Numbered from the stretch's first letter, positions 39,810 to 49,834 are shown. The stretch is 64,000 nt of DNA from an uncultured Planctomycetia bacterium (GCA_964572255.1 CAZNEE010000001.1:331587-395586), one strand, 5' to 3'. The notes: a model not told the origin generated them from the letters alone. Translations and numbers: made by a program.

Positions 39810-40927
39810 CAGCAGAGAGAGAGCTGTCCAGATCAAAAAGATATTCTGCTATAAAAACTTATTTTTATATCGCAGATCTTGTTATCACATTTGTCTTTCT
39901 CATAGCATTCCAGATCTTTGTATCAAGATCACTTCAACAGGCGGCGCAGACGGCTATGCCGAATTTCTACGCCGCCTGTTTTATTTACATGGCGGGTTTT
40001 TACTTCCTGATGTACCTGGTGGGATTTCCTCTTCACTTAGTTAGCTCTTTCCTCGTGGAACACCGCTTCGGATTATCCAACCAGAGCATATTTGCTTGGC
40101 TCGCGGACGAAGCGAAGTCCTTGGCGTTATCGTTAGGCCTTTGGGAATTATGTGTGATAATTTTTTATTTTGTTCTCCGCAATTTTCCGTCATCCTGGTG
40201 GATAATCGCGGCGGTGCTTTGGCTGGCTTTATCGGTAATAATCGCGCGTATGCTCCCGGTCTTATTAATACCCATATTCTATAAATATTCTCCCATTAAA
40301 AATGAGGATCTTAAGAGAAGGATATTGGATCTGGCCGCAAAATGCGGCATAAAACTTCTGGATGTGTGTCAGATAGATTTCAGCCGTAAAACAAAAAAAG
40401 CGAATGCCGCTTTGGTCGGGCTGGGCAAGACCCGAAAGGTCATACTTGCCGATACTCTTGTTAATGAGTTCGCTCCTGAAGAAGCTGAAAGTGTTGTCGC
40501 CCATGAATTTGCGCACAATGTCTACAAGCACATATGGCAGCTTCTGGCGTTTTCAACGGTTGTGACCATGTGCGGTTTTTTTCTTCTGTTCATCTTCGCG
40601 AATAAGGTCGTTATATCGACCGGCGCATCGGGCATCTGGGACCTGTACATCTTTCCGCTTCTCATGCTCCTTCTTGCGGTATTCAGCCTGGCCATACTGC
40701 CCGTGCAGAACTTTTTTTCGCGTTGCCTGGAAAGGCAGGCTGACAGGTACGCCATCGATGTTACCAAGAGGCCCGATGTATTTATATCTGTAATGCGCAA
40801 GCTTGCCGAGATGAATCTCGCGGAAATGGAGCCCTCGCTGCTCAAGAAGATATTCATGTACGATCACCCGCCTGTCGGCGAGAGGATAAAAATGGCGGAA
40901 AAGATAATAAATAAGCGAAATGGTTGA
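39806..40927 (+). CDS. M48 family Ste24-like membrane metalloprotease
   Basis: ANAALVGLGKTRKVILADTL, HEFAH, ERQAD, DHPPVGERI. Confidence 0.92.
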   Translation: MTAERELSRSKRYSAIKTYFYIADLVITFVFLIAFQIFVSRSLQQAAQTAMPNFYAACFIYMAGFYFLMYLVGFPLHLVSSFLVEHRFGLSNQSIFAWLADEAKSLALSLGLWELCVIIFYFVLRNFPSSWWIIAAVLWLALSVIIARMLPVLLIPIFYKYSPIKNEDLKRRILDLAAKCGIKLLDVCQIDFSRKTKKANAALVGLGKTRKVILADTLVNEFAPEEAESVVAHEFAHNVYKHIWQLLAFSTVVTMCGFFLLFIFANKVVISTGASGIWDLYIFPLLMLLLAVFSLAILPVQNFFSRCLERQADRYAIDVTKRPDVFISVMRKLAEMNLAEMEPSLLKKIFMYDHPPVGERIKMAEKIINKRNG

Positions 40928-41066
40928 ATGATTTGAGCAGGGCATAAGTGACCGAGTGAGCACGGTGTGCTGCGTTAAACAGTTTCCACGAGCGAGGGAA
41001 CTTCTGAGTCAAAATTCCTCGCGGGGGAATTTTGACGTCCCTGCGAGAAACATTCAATCGTTTTGC
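40915..41066. repeat. ~150-nt nested palindromic element (MITE-like or structured RNA)
   Basis: Terminal arms GCGAAATGGTTGAATG/CATTCAATCGTTTTGC, inner GCAGGG/CCCTGC, sub-hairpin GTCAAAATTCCTC-GCG-GGGGAATTTTGAC. Confidence 0.65.
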
Positions 41067-41091
41067 ATGATTAAATATTTTTGAAGCAAGA

Positions 41092-41742
41092 ATGTCAGCA
41101 ATAAGGCGGAAGATAAACAGGATATATGATCTTCTCGAGGGGTATTTCGGGGACCTGGGATGGTGGCCGGCCGAATCGGAGTTTGAAGTGGTCATAGGGG
41201 CGATCCTTACGCAGAACACTTCATGGAAAAACGTGGAAAAAGCCATAGAGAAATTAAAGAAAAACGACCTGGTGGACCCGGCAAGCATCGAAAGAAAAAG
41301 CGTCTCGAATTTATCGAAATATATCAGATCGGCGGGATACCATCGCGTAAAAGCGGACAGATTAAAGGCGATAAGCCGGTTTGTCCTGGATGAATGCGGC
41401 GGGAAACTGGGAAGGCTCAAAAGAAGGAAGACATCGGTTCTAAGAGATAAGCTTCTCGAAGTCAGGGGAGTAGGACCGGAGACGGCGGATTCGATACTTC
41501 TTTATGCTTTAGAGATGCCGGTATTTGTTGTCGATGCATATACAAAACGTATTTTTTTACGGCACGGCCTCATAAACGGGGAAGCCAGGTATGAGGATGT
41601 TAAAACCCTTGTCGAAAAGAATTTTCCCCGCGAACATGAAAAACTGAACCAGTTCCATGCGCTATTGGTAGAAACCGCTAAAAAGTTCTGCAGGAAAAAA
41701 GAAGCAATATGTGATGGATGCCCATTAAAGGCTGTGCTATGA
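41092..41742 (+). CDS. Endonuclease III-related HhH-GPD glycosylase
   Basis: WWPA, GAILTQNT.W.NV, GVGPETADSILLYA, VVDAYT, C-terminal Cys cluster. Confidence 0.9.
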   Translation: MSAIRRKINRIYDLLEGYFGDLGWWPAESEFEVVIGAILTQNTSWKNVEKAIEKLKKNDLVDPASIERKSVSNLSKYIRSAGYHRVKADRLKAISRFVLDECGGKLGRLKRRKTSVLRDKLLEVRGVGPETADSILLYALEMPVFVVDAYTKRIFLRHGLINGEARYEDVKTLVEKNFPREHEKLNQFHALLVETAKKFCRKKEAICDGCPLKAVL

Positions 41743-41778
41743 ATGGGGTTAAATAAATAGGAAGGGCAATATAGAAGG

Positions 41779-42564
41779 ATGAAAGGTATAGATATAGAAA
41801 AGATCAAAAGAGTAGCAACAGAAGCAGCCATAGAAGCGGGCCTATATGCGATCGGACGCATGAACGAGCCCAGGGAGATATCATATAAAAGCGGCGCAAA
41901 TGATCTTGTCACGGATGTTGATAAAAAATGCGAAAGCATTATCATTGAACGGATAAAAAATAATTTTCCGTCACACTCGATACTTGCCGAGGAAAGCGGT
42001 GAGCATGACAAGGACAAGGAATGCTTCTGGGTCATAGACCCCCTGGACGGTACGACAAATTACGCGCATGGTTTTCCGGTATTCTGTATTTCAATAGCTT
42101 TCATGTTTGAAGGGGAGGAAAAATTCGGTGTGGTATATGATCCGAATCGCGACGAGTTTTTTACGGCGGAAAAAGGCAAGGGCGCGTTCCTCAACAACAG
42201 AGAGATACGCGTTTCGAAAACCAAAGACGTACAAAGTTCTTTGGTCGCGACCGGGTTTGCGTATAATGTTGAAGGAAAAGTCGCGAATTTGCCTTACTTG
42301 ACAAAAGTGCTGCAATTTTCACAAGCTGTCAGAAGAGCCGGATCCGCCGCGATAGATCTTTGCTATGTTGCGTGCGGCCGGTTTGATGGATTTTGGGAAT
42401 TCAAGCTGAAGCCATGGGATACGGCGGCCGCACAACTGATCGTAAAGGAGGCGGGAGGCAAAGTCACGTTATTAGACAACACGCCTTTTGATATATTTAC
42501 CGAAGAGATCGTTGCGACAAATGGGATAATTCATGAAGAGTTTATAAACAAGCTAACCTGTTAA
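41779..42564 (+). CDS. suhB: Inositol monophosphatase family protein
   Basis: DLVT, WVIDPLDGTTNY, RRAGSAA, WD.AA. Confidence 0.93.
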   Translation: MKGIDIEKIKRVATEAAIEAGLYAIGRMNEPREISYKSGANDLVTDVDKKCESIIIERIKNNFPSHSILAEESGEHDKDKECFWVIDPLDGTTNYAHGFPVFCISIAFMFEGEEKFGVVYDPNRDEFFTAEKGKGAFLNNREIRVSKTKDVQSSLVATGFAYNVEGKVANLPYLTKVLQFSQAVRRAGSAAIDLCYVACGRFDGFWEFKLKPWDTAAAQLIVKEAGGKVTLLDNTPFDIFTEEIVATNGIIHEEFINKLTC

Positions 42565-42694
42565 AATTAAAAAACTTACAATTTAAATATTTTACCTACT
42601 TCCACATTTCATACTTCTAACCAATAAATATTTACGCAAAAAAGAGGCAATTTTCCCAAAATGTTAAGGTTTAAAATAGTTGGATTTCTACGTA

Positions 42695-42723
42695 TTGACA
42701 AAAAATGTGACAAGATGTAGAAT
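42695..42723 (+). promoter_or_regulatory. Putative sigma70 promoter
   Basis: TTGACA-17 bp-TAGAAT. Confidence 0.65.
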
Positions 42724-42762
42724 GTAAGCAGTATAAAAAGTTAAAATTATGAGGAGGTTGTC

Positions 42763-43137
42763 GTGAAATTCAAGACAATCATAGAGCTAATATGCGATGC
42801 GGCTGATAAAGACGATGCGATGAACATCGCAGGTGATTATTTACGAGGGGAAGAGGATTTTGGCGTCAGATCCATGCGATGCACGACTATTTCGCTAAGA
42901 ACCCAGCGTGTAATAAGATATACTGCTACAAGTCTTGTTGCATTACTATTTTTCTCAGTTCTCATTTGCCGTTTCATTTCGCAGGAAAAAGGTGCGGAGT
43001 TCTGCAGCCAAAGAAGTGTTGGCCTGGGCTCCACATACACTGTTGTGCCTGAATTGAAGACCGGAAATGATGAGGATTTCAAGGCGGATTGGGAAAAGAA
43101 AAAAGACGCGGCTGTATTGGAATATCTGAAAAAATAA
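42763..43137 (+). CDS. Hypothetical single-TM protein
   Basis: SD GAGGAGGT, GTG start; has its own promoter and terminator. Confidence 0.78.
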   Translation: MKFKTIIELICDAADKDDAMNIAGDYLRGEEDFGVRSMRCTTISLRTQRVIRYTATSLVALLFFSVLICRFISQEKGAEFCSQRSVGLGSTYTVVPELKTGNDEDFKADWEKKKDAAVLEYLKK

Positions 43138-43164
43138 TCAAGACTTTGCGCTTGGCAAATCATG

Positions 43165-43207
43165 GCGGGACGGCTCTTATTTTATAAGGGCGGTCCCGTT
43201 TTTTTTT
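43165..43207 (+). terminator. Rho-independent terminator
   Basis: GCGGGACGGCTCTTAT/ATAAGGGCGGTCCCGT followed by a T run. Confidence 0.85.
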
Positions 43208-43255
43208 GTATTAAATTTTTATTTTTTGTGTATAATCAATTGAGGGAGATGATGC

Positions 43256-43771
43256 ATGAAAGAAAAGTACGAACATATCTTTAAAGGTAAGATCCTGGAT
43301 GTCTCTAAGAGGCTTAAAAAATTACCGAACGGTAAATATGCCTATCTTGAGGAAGTGAAACATCCCGGCGCTGCCATAATGGTTCCTTTTTTGGGCAAAA
43401 AAATAGTTCTTTTAAGGCAATACAGGGGCGTGATCGATAAATATTTATGGGAGCTTCCTGCAGGCAAGCTGGATCATGGTGAAACTCCGTATTCCTGCAT
43501 AAAGAGGGAAATAACGGAAGAAACAGGCTATAAGGTAAAGAATATTAAAAAGTTGGGGTACATTTATACTTCGCCCGGTTTTTGCGATGAAAAGATCCAT
43601 GTTTATAAGGCAGATTGTTCGGAGAAAACTGAAATAAACAGGGACGAAGATGAATTGATCAGGGTAAGTGTCCTCAGCAAACGGCAGATCATCGATATGT
43701 TCAAAAAAGGGCGAATAGTTGACTCCAAGACCATATCGGCATTGTCTTTTGCCGGCATACTTGACTTTTAA
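43256..43771 (+). CDS. NUDIX hydrolase (ADP-ribose pyrophosphatase-like)
   Basis: HPGA, ELPAGKLD, Nudix box REITEETG, SPGFCDE, DSKTI. Confidence 0.92.
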   Translation: MKEKYEHIFKGKILDVSKRLKKLPNGKYAYLEEVKHPGAAIMVPFLGKKIVLLRQYRGVIDKYLWELPAGKLDHGETPYSCIKREITEETGYKVKNIKKLGYIYTSPGFCDEKIHVYKADCSEKTEINRDEDELIRVSVLSKRQIIDMFKKGRIVDSKTISALSFAGILDF

Positions 43772-43819
43772 CAGGTTATGGGCTATACTCCAAGCTGTAA
43801 ATCGAAAAGGAGGGTGAAG

Positions 43820-44116
43820 ATGAAAAAGTTGGTCGCAATATTAATTATAGTTGCATTAGCGTTCACTCTGGGTATATGCAGAAGTTCTTTTGCTTCCACG
43901 AACGAACCTTTGAAAAACATCGGTAAGGGGCTCGACGATATGTTTTACGGTGATGTCGAAGTGCCCGACAACATGAATGAGACCGGCACAAAGGGGACTC
44001 CGGCTTATCCGGAATGTACGGATAAGACAAAGGATGGTGTTGGAAGAGGCATAGCCAAGGTGGTTGGCGGTCTTTGGCGGATAGCGACTTTCTGGTATCC
44101 AGAAGAAGGCAGTTAA
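43820..44116 (+). CDS. Small secreted protein, TIGR04073-like pattern
   Basis: SD AGGAGG; signal peptide; IGKGL...EVP...GVGRG...G...ATFWYP. Confidence 0.65.
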   Translation: MKKLVAILIIVALAFTLGICRSSFASTNEPLKNIGKGLDDMFYGDVEVPDNMNETGTKGTPAYPECTDKTKDGVGRGIAKVVGGLWRIATFWYPEEGS

Positions 44117-44132
44117 TTCTTTATTTTTTCAC

Positions 44133-44170
44133 AATAAAAAAGGCGGCTTTAAAGAGCCGCCTTTTTTATT
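44133..44170. terminator. Bidirectional terminator between convergent genes
   Basis: AATAAAAAAGGCGGCT-TTAAAG-AGCCGCCTTTTTTATT. Confidence 0.92.
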
Positions 44171-44182
44171 TGTAAGCTATTA

Positions 44183-45004
44183 TTAAGATATATCCTCAAC
44201 CGTTCTCAACGTTGCCGTTACCTTGCCGAAGGGTATCCGAACGACTCCATATAGGGGAAGCCGGTCTTTATCGGCAGAGAAGTACATCCAGCCTTTGCCT
44301 TTTTTGACTTCTTTGCCCTTGAGCAACGCATAAGGCCTGATCTTGAATGCGGGAAATGAACCGATTTCCGGCAGTTTGATCATGTCGATGCTTTCAACCT
44401 GCCCGTAAAGGTCATAGTTCTTTCCGTTCAAATTGACTATGATCTCTATCTTATCGCCCAGGCTTACCGGAAGCGTCATAAAATAACACATGGCGCTCAG
44501 GGGGTCCTGGACATTATCTTTTATGGGGTATCTATTAACGGAACCGTCGGTAAGATTCGTATAAATTGCTTCTCTTTCATCAAAATCATATTCCACTACA
44601 AGGTGTTTACGGTAATTGCCTTCTTTTCTGTCAGCTTCATACCGGCGGCTTGTCATATTCATAACATCCACATACGACGTATAGGTGTCCTCTACTCTGT
44701 AGATCTTTGATAAGAATTTATTGGATTCAGTGACAAGCACAACCTCATATACATCACGCTCCTTATATCGGATTATCCCCTTAACTTCGGTAACTATTCT
44801 CCCGACAGGGATACCGTTCCATGCGATGAGATAGATGAACCTTTTATTTGAATGGAATTCCGGAGGGGTCTTCATTGAAACGCTGACGTTTTCCTCGGAA
44901 AACTCGCCTGTCTTTTTTAATCTTTTCACTGAACCGGTATTCGCGCACCCCTGGCATAAACCTATCGCCAGAAGGAACGCTAATATAACCTGTATTTTTC
45001 TCAT
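44183..45004 (-). CDS. DUF3108 domain lipoprotein
   Basis: Lipobox-like CQGC; W.GIPVG, YRVED.Y.S, QDPLS, RLP...IPFG. Confidence 0.82.
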   Translation of the reverse strand: MRKIQVILAFLLAIGLCQGCANTGSVKRLKKTGEFSEENVSVSMKTPPEFHSNKRFIYLIAWNGIPVGRIVTEVKGIIRYKERDVYEVVLVTESNKFLSKIYRVEDTYTSYVDVMNMTSRRYEADRKEGNYRKHLVVEYDFDEREAIYTNLTDGSVNRYPIKDNVQDPLSAMCYFMTLPVSLGDKIEIIVNLNGKNYDLYGQVESIDMIKLPEIGSFPAFKIRPYALLKGKEVKKGKGWMYFSADKDRLPLYGVVRIPFGKVTATLRTVEDIS

Positions 45005-45109
45005 GATATTATATATAATTGTATTGTGCGGATAAGTTTTTTGACGGGATTATTTTATCAAATATGGGCAGCATTGTCCAAATATACTCTATTGAGATAT
45101 GTTAAATAT

Positions 45110-45186
45110 AATAGCGCAGTATGTTCCCGTACAGGGAGGATCCACACCGGGCGGAGGGGCCCTGGTAGGGAACATACTGTGCTATT
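45110..45186 (+). repeat. Conserved-core hairpin element, copy A
   Basis: 19-bp stem (one G:T) plus core GGGAGGATCCACACCGGGCGGAGGGGCCC at 45134-45162; ends 9 nt before the nitroreductase ATG. Confidence 0.9.
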
Positions 45187-45195
45187 TGGTTTAAG

Positions 45196-45738
45196 ATGGA
45201 ATTCATAGAATTGGCAAAGATGCGCAGAAGCGTACGTTCTTATCAAGATAAGAACATAAGGCATGAGGATCTCCTATCCTGCGTCGATGCCGCGCGTTAT
45301 GCGCCTTCGGCATGCAACACCCAGCCCTGGAAATTCATCATAGTTGATGACCCCGAAAAAAGAGGGGAAATGGCCGGGATCTTTAGGTCCAAAATGTATC
45401 AGATGAATTCTTTTGCGTCCGAAGCGGCCGCTTTTATCGTGATCATTTCTGAGAAACAAAATCTTCCGGCCTGGCTGGGAGGGAAGATAAAAAATACCGA
45501 TTTCAGGAGGATCGATGTCGGTATTGCCTGCGCCCATGTTGTGCTGCGGGCGGCTGAACTGGGTATAGGCACGTGCATTTTAGGATGGTTTGACGAAAAA
45601 AAGATCAAAGAGATACTTTCGATCCCGAGAAGGAAAAAGATCGAACTTGTTATATCCATGGGATATCCGGCTGAAACCGAATTCAGGGAAAGACGGCTTA
45701 AGGAAAAAGATGAGGTCTCATCAAGCAATAAGTATTAA
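45196..45738 (+). CDS. Nitroreductase family protein
   Basis: RRSVRSY, APSACNTQPW, ELGIGTCILG, MGYP. Confidence 0.93.
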   Translation: MEFIELAKMRRSVRSYQDKNIRHEDLLSCVDAARYAPSACNTQPWKFIIVDDPEKRGEMAGIFRSKMYQMNSFASEAAAFIVIISEKQNLPAWLGGKIKNTDFRRIDVGIACAHVVLRAAELGIGTCILGWFDEKKIKEILSIPRRKKIELVISMGYPAETEFRERRLKEKDEVSSSNKY

Positions 45739-45753
45739 AAGCAGAGTGCGCGC

Positions 45754-46512
45754 ATGAAAAATATGAGCAAAAAAGAATATTTTGTGTCTAAAAAGGTCGG
45801 CATGGCCATTAACCGTTATGATATGATCTCTGAAGGCGACAAAGTTCTGGTAGGCGTTTCGGGCGGCAAGGATAGTTTGACGCTTTTACGGGTTCTCGTG
45901 GAGAGGAAAAGATGGCTTCCGATAGACTATGAGGTTAAAGCCATACATGTTACTACTGATTATGACGAAAAGCCGAAGGTCAAAAAGAAGGTCCTCAAAG
46001 AATATTTTGAATCCATAGGGTGCGGATATGTATTCAAAGATATTGAAATAGCCGAAAAAAACAAACGTAAACGCGAAGACTGTTTCTGGTGTTCATGGAA
46101 CAGGCGCAAGGCGATCTTCCAGACGGCGGATGAATTAGGATTTAAAAAAATAGCGTTGGGACATCATAAAGATGACGTGGCCGAGACAATAATGATGAAC
46201 CTTATATATAACGGCGAGATCTCAGGTATAAATCCCGTGCAGAGGCTCTTTAACGGCAAGATCATTATTGTAAGGCCGCTTATTTTTTTGGAGGAAAAGG
46301 AGATCTTGGGATATGCCGGATCAGCAGGCATTCCGACGATAAAGGCCAGATGCCCCAGAGATAAAGATTCAAAACGAGCTGCTGTAAAAGATGTGATCTT
46401 GCGTCTTTCGAAAGATAACCCCGATATTAAGACCAATATCATTAAAGCGCCCAATAAGATAAAGGAAGAGTATATATCCGAAATAACAGAGGAAGAAAGT
46501 GCGTACATATAA
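45754..46512 (+). CDS. ttcA: tRNA 2-thiocytidine(32) synthetase TtcA family
   Basis: PP-loop SGGKDS, CFWC, ALGHHKDD, RPL, CP. Confidence 0.85.
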   Translation: MKNMSKKEYFVSKKVGMAINRYDMISEGDKVLVGVSGGKDSLTLLRVLVERKRWLPIDYEVKAIHVTTDYDEKPKVKKKVLKEYFESIGCGYVFKDIEIAEKNKRKREDCFWCSWNRRKAIFQTADELGFKKIALGHHKDDVAETIMMNLIYNGEISGINPVQRLFNGKIIIVRPLIFLEEKEILGYAGSAGIPTIKARCPRDKDSKRAAVKDVILRLSKDNPDIKTNIIKAPNKIKEEYISEITEEESAYI

Positions 46513-47305
46513 GAAGCTGCTGATAATTTTATTTATATTGATTTTCCCGCCGGTTGCATGCGGTGTGATGAGTTATAATCCTGCTACCGAAGAGGAAGAG
46601 CTTATACTTATCCCGGCCGTGAAGGAAAAGAACATGGGCAGGAATATCCATAAACAAGTTCTTGAGAAGTTCGATCTTCCCGTGGATCCTCTCATGCAGG
46701 AGAGGATCGAAAAAATAGGGAAAAAACTGGCTAAGGGTACGGACAGGAGGGATCTGGTTTACCGTTTCACGGTATTGAATCACGAGAAGGACGAATTCTA
46801 CAATGCTTTCGCGGTACCCGGGGGATATATCTATATTTTTGATGACATGGTGGAAATGCTGGGAACAGACGATAAAGTAGCTGCCGTCCTGGCGCATGAG
46901 ATGGGACACATCGAGGCAAAGCATTCTGTTAAGCGTCTGCAGGGGTCGCTCGGGGTAACTGCTCTCATGCTGCTCGGAGCGCAAATGCGGACCGACAGAA
47001 AGACTCTCAATACCGCGAACAGCGCCATAGGGCATTTAATGTCGGCTTATTCGCGTCATGATGAATTCCAGGCTGATGAATTATCCATAAGATACATGGA
47101 AAGAGCGGGGTATGATACAAATGGAGCGTTGCAAGCCCTCGAGACCCTGAAGAAACTCAGGAAAAAGGGCCCGCGGATGCGGTATGTTGTTTACAGAAGT
47201 CATCCTTATGTATCCGAGCGCATGGCTAACTTAAAGAAGGTCATTAACGGGCAAGTCGATTTTGATTCATATATAAATATCACTTCTGATAAAGATGGGT
47301 TTTAA
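46499..47305 (+). CDS. M48 family (BepA/YfgC-like) exported metalloprotease
   Basis: Signal/lipobox, NAFAVPGG, HEMGH, YSR.DE..AD, SHP...ER. Confidence 0.9.
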   Translation: MRTYKKLLIILFILIFPPVACGVMSYNPATEEEELILIPAVKEKNMGRNIHKQVLEKFDLPVDPLMQERIEKIGKKLAKGTDRRDLVYRFTVLNHEKDEFYNAFAVPGGYIYIFDDMVEMLGTDDKVAAVLAHEMGHIEAKHSVKRLQGSLGVTALMLLGAQMRTDRKTLNTANSAIGHLMSAYSRHDEFQADELSIRYMERAGYDTNGALQALETLKKLRKKGPRMRYVVYRSHPYVSERMANLKKVINGQVDFDSYINITSDKDGF

Positions 47306-47385
47306 AAGAATACGATCTCTTGCCATATTGGCACACTTTCATTATAATACATCATGTCTTTTTGAAAGTTGAAAGGGGATGTGTG

Positions 47386-47862
47386 ATGAAAAAGATCGCT
47401 ATAATATATTATACAAGGTCAGGCAATACGGAAGAGATGGCACGTCTTATACAAGAGGGCGTTAAGTCCGGAAAAGACATAGAGGTCGATGTACGGAATG
47501 TGGAGGACTTTCCCGTGGATAAGGTCCCGGATTATGACGGCCTGATCATAGGATCACCTACTTATTACGGTTCCATGGCCGGAGAGATCAAAAAATTTCT
47601 TGACCAGACCGTTAAATTTCACGGACAGCTTGACGGAAAGGTCGGCGCGGCTTTTACTTCCGCTCATAATATAGGCGGAGGAAATGAGACGACTATTACG
47701 GATATATTAAATGCCTTGCTTATACACGGCATGGTCATACAGGGCAACCCGAATGGCGATCATTACGGGCCGGTTTCCATTGATAAGCCCGATTCACGTG
47801 TGAAAGGGCAGTGTAACGAGCTCGGCAGAAGAGTTGCCGCGCTGGTCAAAAAGGTAACATAA
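47386..47862 (+). CDS. Flavodoxin / WrbA-like NAD(P)H oxidoreductase
   Basis: YYTRSGNTEEMA, GSPTYYG, GKVGAAF, GGNET. Confidence 0.9.
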   Translation: MKKIAIIYYTRSGNTEEMARLIQEGVKSGKDIEVDVRNVEDFPVDKVPDYDGLIIGSPTYYGSMAGEIKKFLDQTVKFHGQLDGKVGAAFTSAHNIGGGNETTITDILNALLIHGMVIQGNPNGDHYGPVSIDKPDSRVKGQCNELGRRVAALVKKVT

Positions 47863-47883
47863 TTAAAATAGAAGGAGCAGATC

Positions 47884-49215
47884 TTGGACAGCAAGAAAAT
47901 ATTCGTTCTTGATACAAATGTGATTTTGCATAATCCGGAGTCGCTTGTTTCTTTTGCCGACAATACGGTCCTTCTTCCGATAGAAGTGCTTGAGGAGCTG
48001 GATACTTTCAAGAGGAGCCATGATGAGAGAGGCAGGAACGCGAGAATTGCCATTCGCATGCTTGATGACTTGCGCCAGAAAGGTCAGCCGGGAGAAGGAT
48101 TCCCTCTGGAAAACGGCGGCATCCTTAAAATAGTTACGGGCATCAGTCCCGGAGAACTTTCAAAGCTCGGACTTTCAGAAAGTGTGATGGATAACAAGAT
48201 ACTTATAAGGGCATATTTGTTAAAGGAGCAGGGGGAAGAGGTAATATTTGTATCCAAGGACATAAACGCGAGAGTCAAAGCGGATGCGTTGGGGATAACC
48301 TGCAGGGACTATGAGAAACAGAAGGTTGATTTTGAACATCTGTACAGCGGTTGGCGGACTTTGGAGCTGTCAAAGAAAGAGCTGGATTCGTTTTACAAGA
48401 AAAAAGAACATAAGGTCAAAAAAGAGCAATTTTTCCCCAATGAATTCGCTCTCATGGTGGATAGAGAAGAACCGAAGCATACGGCCATTGCAAGATATAA
48501 AGAAGAGTTCGGGATACTCATGCCGCTTATTCACAGCAAAGCCAGACAAGTCATGTCCATACGCCCCAGAAATAAGGAACAGGCCATGGGGATGGAACTT
48601 CTCTTGAATGATGATATAGATCTCGTGACGCTTGTGGGTTGCGCGGGCACGGGAAAGACCCTTTTTGCCATAGCCGCGGGGCTTCATAAAGTCATAAACG
48701 ACCATTCGTATACCCGTCTTTTAGTATCGCGGCCCGTCATGCCTCTTGGCAAGGACATAGGTTACTTGCCGGGCACAAAAGAGGAGAAGCTGGAAAGCTG
48801 GATGGGCCCTATATTCGATAACCTTGAATATATCCTGCTTGCGGATAAAAAGGATAAGGAGCTCAAGGGCAAAGCAAAGACCCTTATCGATAAATACATG
48901 CGGGAGGACATCATCGAACTTGAAGCGATGACCTTTATGAGGGGGAGGAGTATCCCCAATACGTTCATAGTTATTGATGAAGCCCAGAATCTGACGCCCC
49001 ATGAGATCAAAACTGTAATAAGCCGGGCAGGCAACAATACCAAGATGGTCCTTACGGGTGACCCGTACCAGATCGATAACCCTTATCTTGATTCTTCAAG
49101 TAACGGCCTTACCTATTGCGTTGAGAAGATGAAGGGGCAGAAGATGTTCGGGCACATGACGCTTACAAAAAACGAGAGAAGTTCTCTTGCCTCTCTTGCC
49201 GCGGAGCTGTTGTAA
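47884..49215 (+). CDS. PIN-PhoH fusion (PhoH2/YlaK-like RNase-helicase)
   Basis: FVLDTNV PIN domain, GCAGTGKT, MRGRS, DEAQN, GDPYQID; TTG start after AAGGAG. Confidence 0.93.
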   Translation: MDSKKIFVLDTNVILHNPESLVSFADNTVLLPIEVLEELDTFKRSHDERGRNARIAIRMLDDLRQKGQPGEGFPLENGGILKIVTGISPGELSKLGLSESVMDNKILIRAYLLKEQGEEVIFVSKDINARVKADALGITCRDYEKQKVDFEHLYSGWRTLELSKKELDSFYKKKEHKVKKEQFFPNEFALMVDREEPKHTAIARYKEEFGILMPLIHSKARQVMSIRPRNKEQAMGMELLLNDDIDLVTLVGCAGTGKTLFAIAAGLHKVINDHSYTRLLVSRPVMPLGKDIGYLPGTKEEKLESWMGPIFDNLEYILLADKKDKELKGKAKTLIDKYMREDIIELEAMTFMRGRSIPNTFIVIDEAQNLTPHEIKTVISRAGNNTKMVLTGDPYQIDNPYLDSSSNGLTYCVEKMKGQKMFGHMTLTKNERSSLASLAAELL

Positions 49216-49386
49216 ATGAAGATCAATATCCGCTATATTAAGGAAAAAGACATTTTTGAGTTCCAGCTTGTTGAGAAAAAGTTAAGGTCGCATTTCATTA
49301 TGGCGCGGGCCGAACTGAATGATCTCAGGACCCTGCTTGAAAGGGCTCTTCTTGAGAGCAAGAAAAACCGATCGCAGGGCAAGTAA
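49216..49386 (+). CDS. 56-aa small protein (below the ORF-track cutoff)
   Basis: ATG directly after the PhoH2 TAA; MKINIRYIKEKDIFEFQLVEKKLRSHFIMARAELNDLRTLLERALLESKKNRSQGK; fills the gap exactly. Confidence 0.7.
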   Translation: MKINIRYIKEKDIFEFQLVEKKLRSHFIMARAELNDLRTLLERALLESKKNRSQGK

Positions 49387-49393
49387 AGAGAGT

Positions 49394-49834
49394 ATGGACA
49401 TGACGCATAAAAAAACAGTAAAAATATCCTCCATTTTAATTTTTTGTTTTATTCTTCTTGCTCTCTTTGCAGGCGATATGCAGGCCGCAAGCAAAAAGGA
49501 GAAAAAGAAGTGGGTAAAGTCAAAACATGGAACAAGCGCGCTTCTCAAGCTAAGCAGAGACCGCAGTGAAATGATGCGCGAATATCAAAAGGAAACTCAT
49601 AGCTATAACAGATTGAAAAAGGCTATCGGGGCGGGATCGCTTAAACCGGGAGATAGTGCTAAAGATGTGAAAAGAAAGATAGGCGATCCTGTTATAGTCC
49701 TGAAAGAAAATGACGGGAAGACGACGAGGTGGGTCTTTAAGCCTCACAGCGCCAGTTATTTCTCGGATGAAAAGATATATCTGTTTTTTGACGAGAACAA
49801 TAAGCTCATCAGGGGAGAATCCCCCGGCAAGTAA
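49394..49834 (+). CDS. Hypothetical exported protein with a BamE/SmpA-like C-terminal pattern
   Basis: Signal peptide; LKPGDS..DV...IGDP...W.F...LFFD. Confidence 0.65.
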   Translation: MDMTHKKTVKISSILIFCFILLALFAGDMQAASKKEKKKWVKSKHGTSALLKLSRDRSEMMREYQKETHSYNRLKKAIGAGSLKPGDSAKDVKRKIGDPVIVLKENDGKTTRWVFKPHSASYFSDEKIYLFFDENNKLIRGESPGK

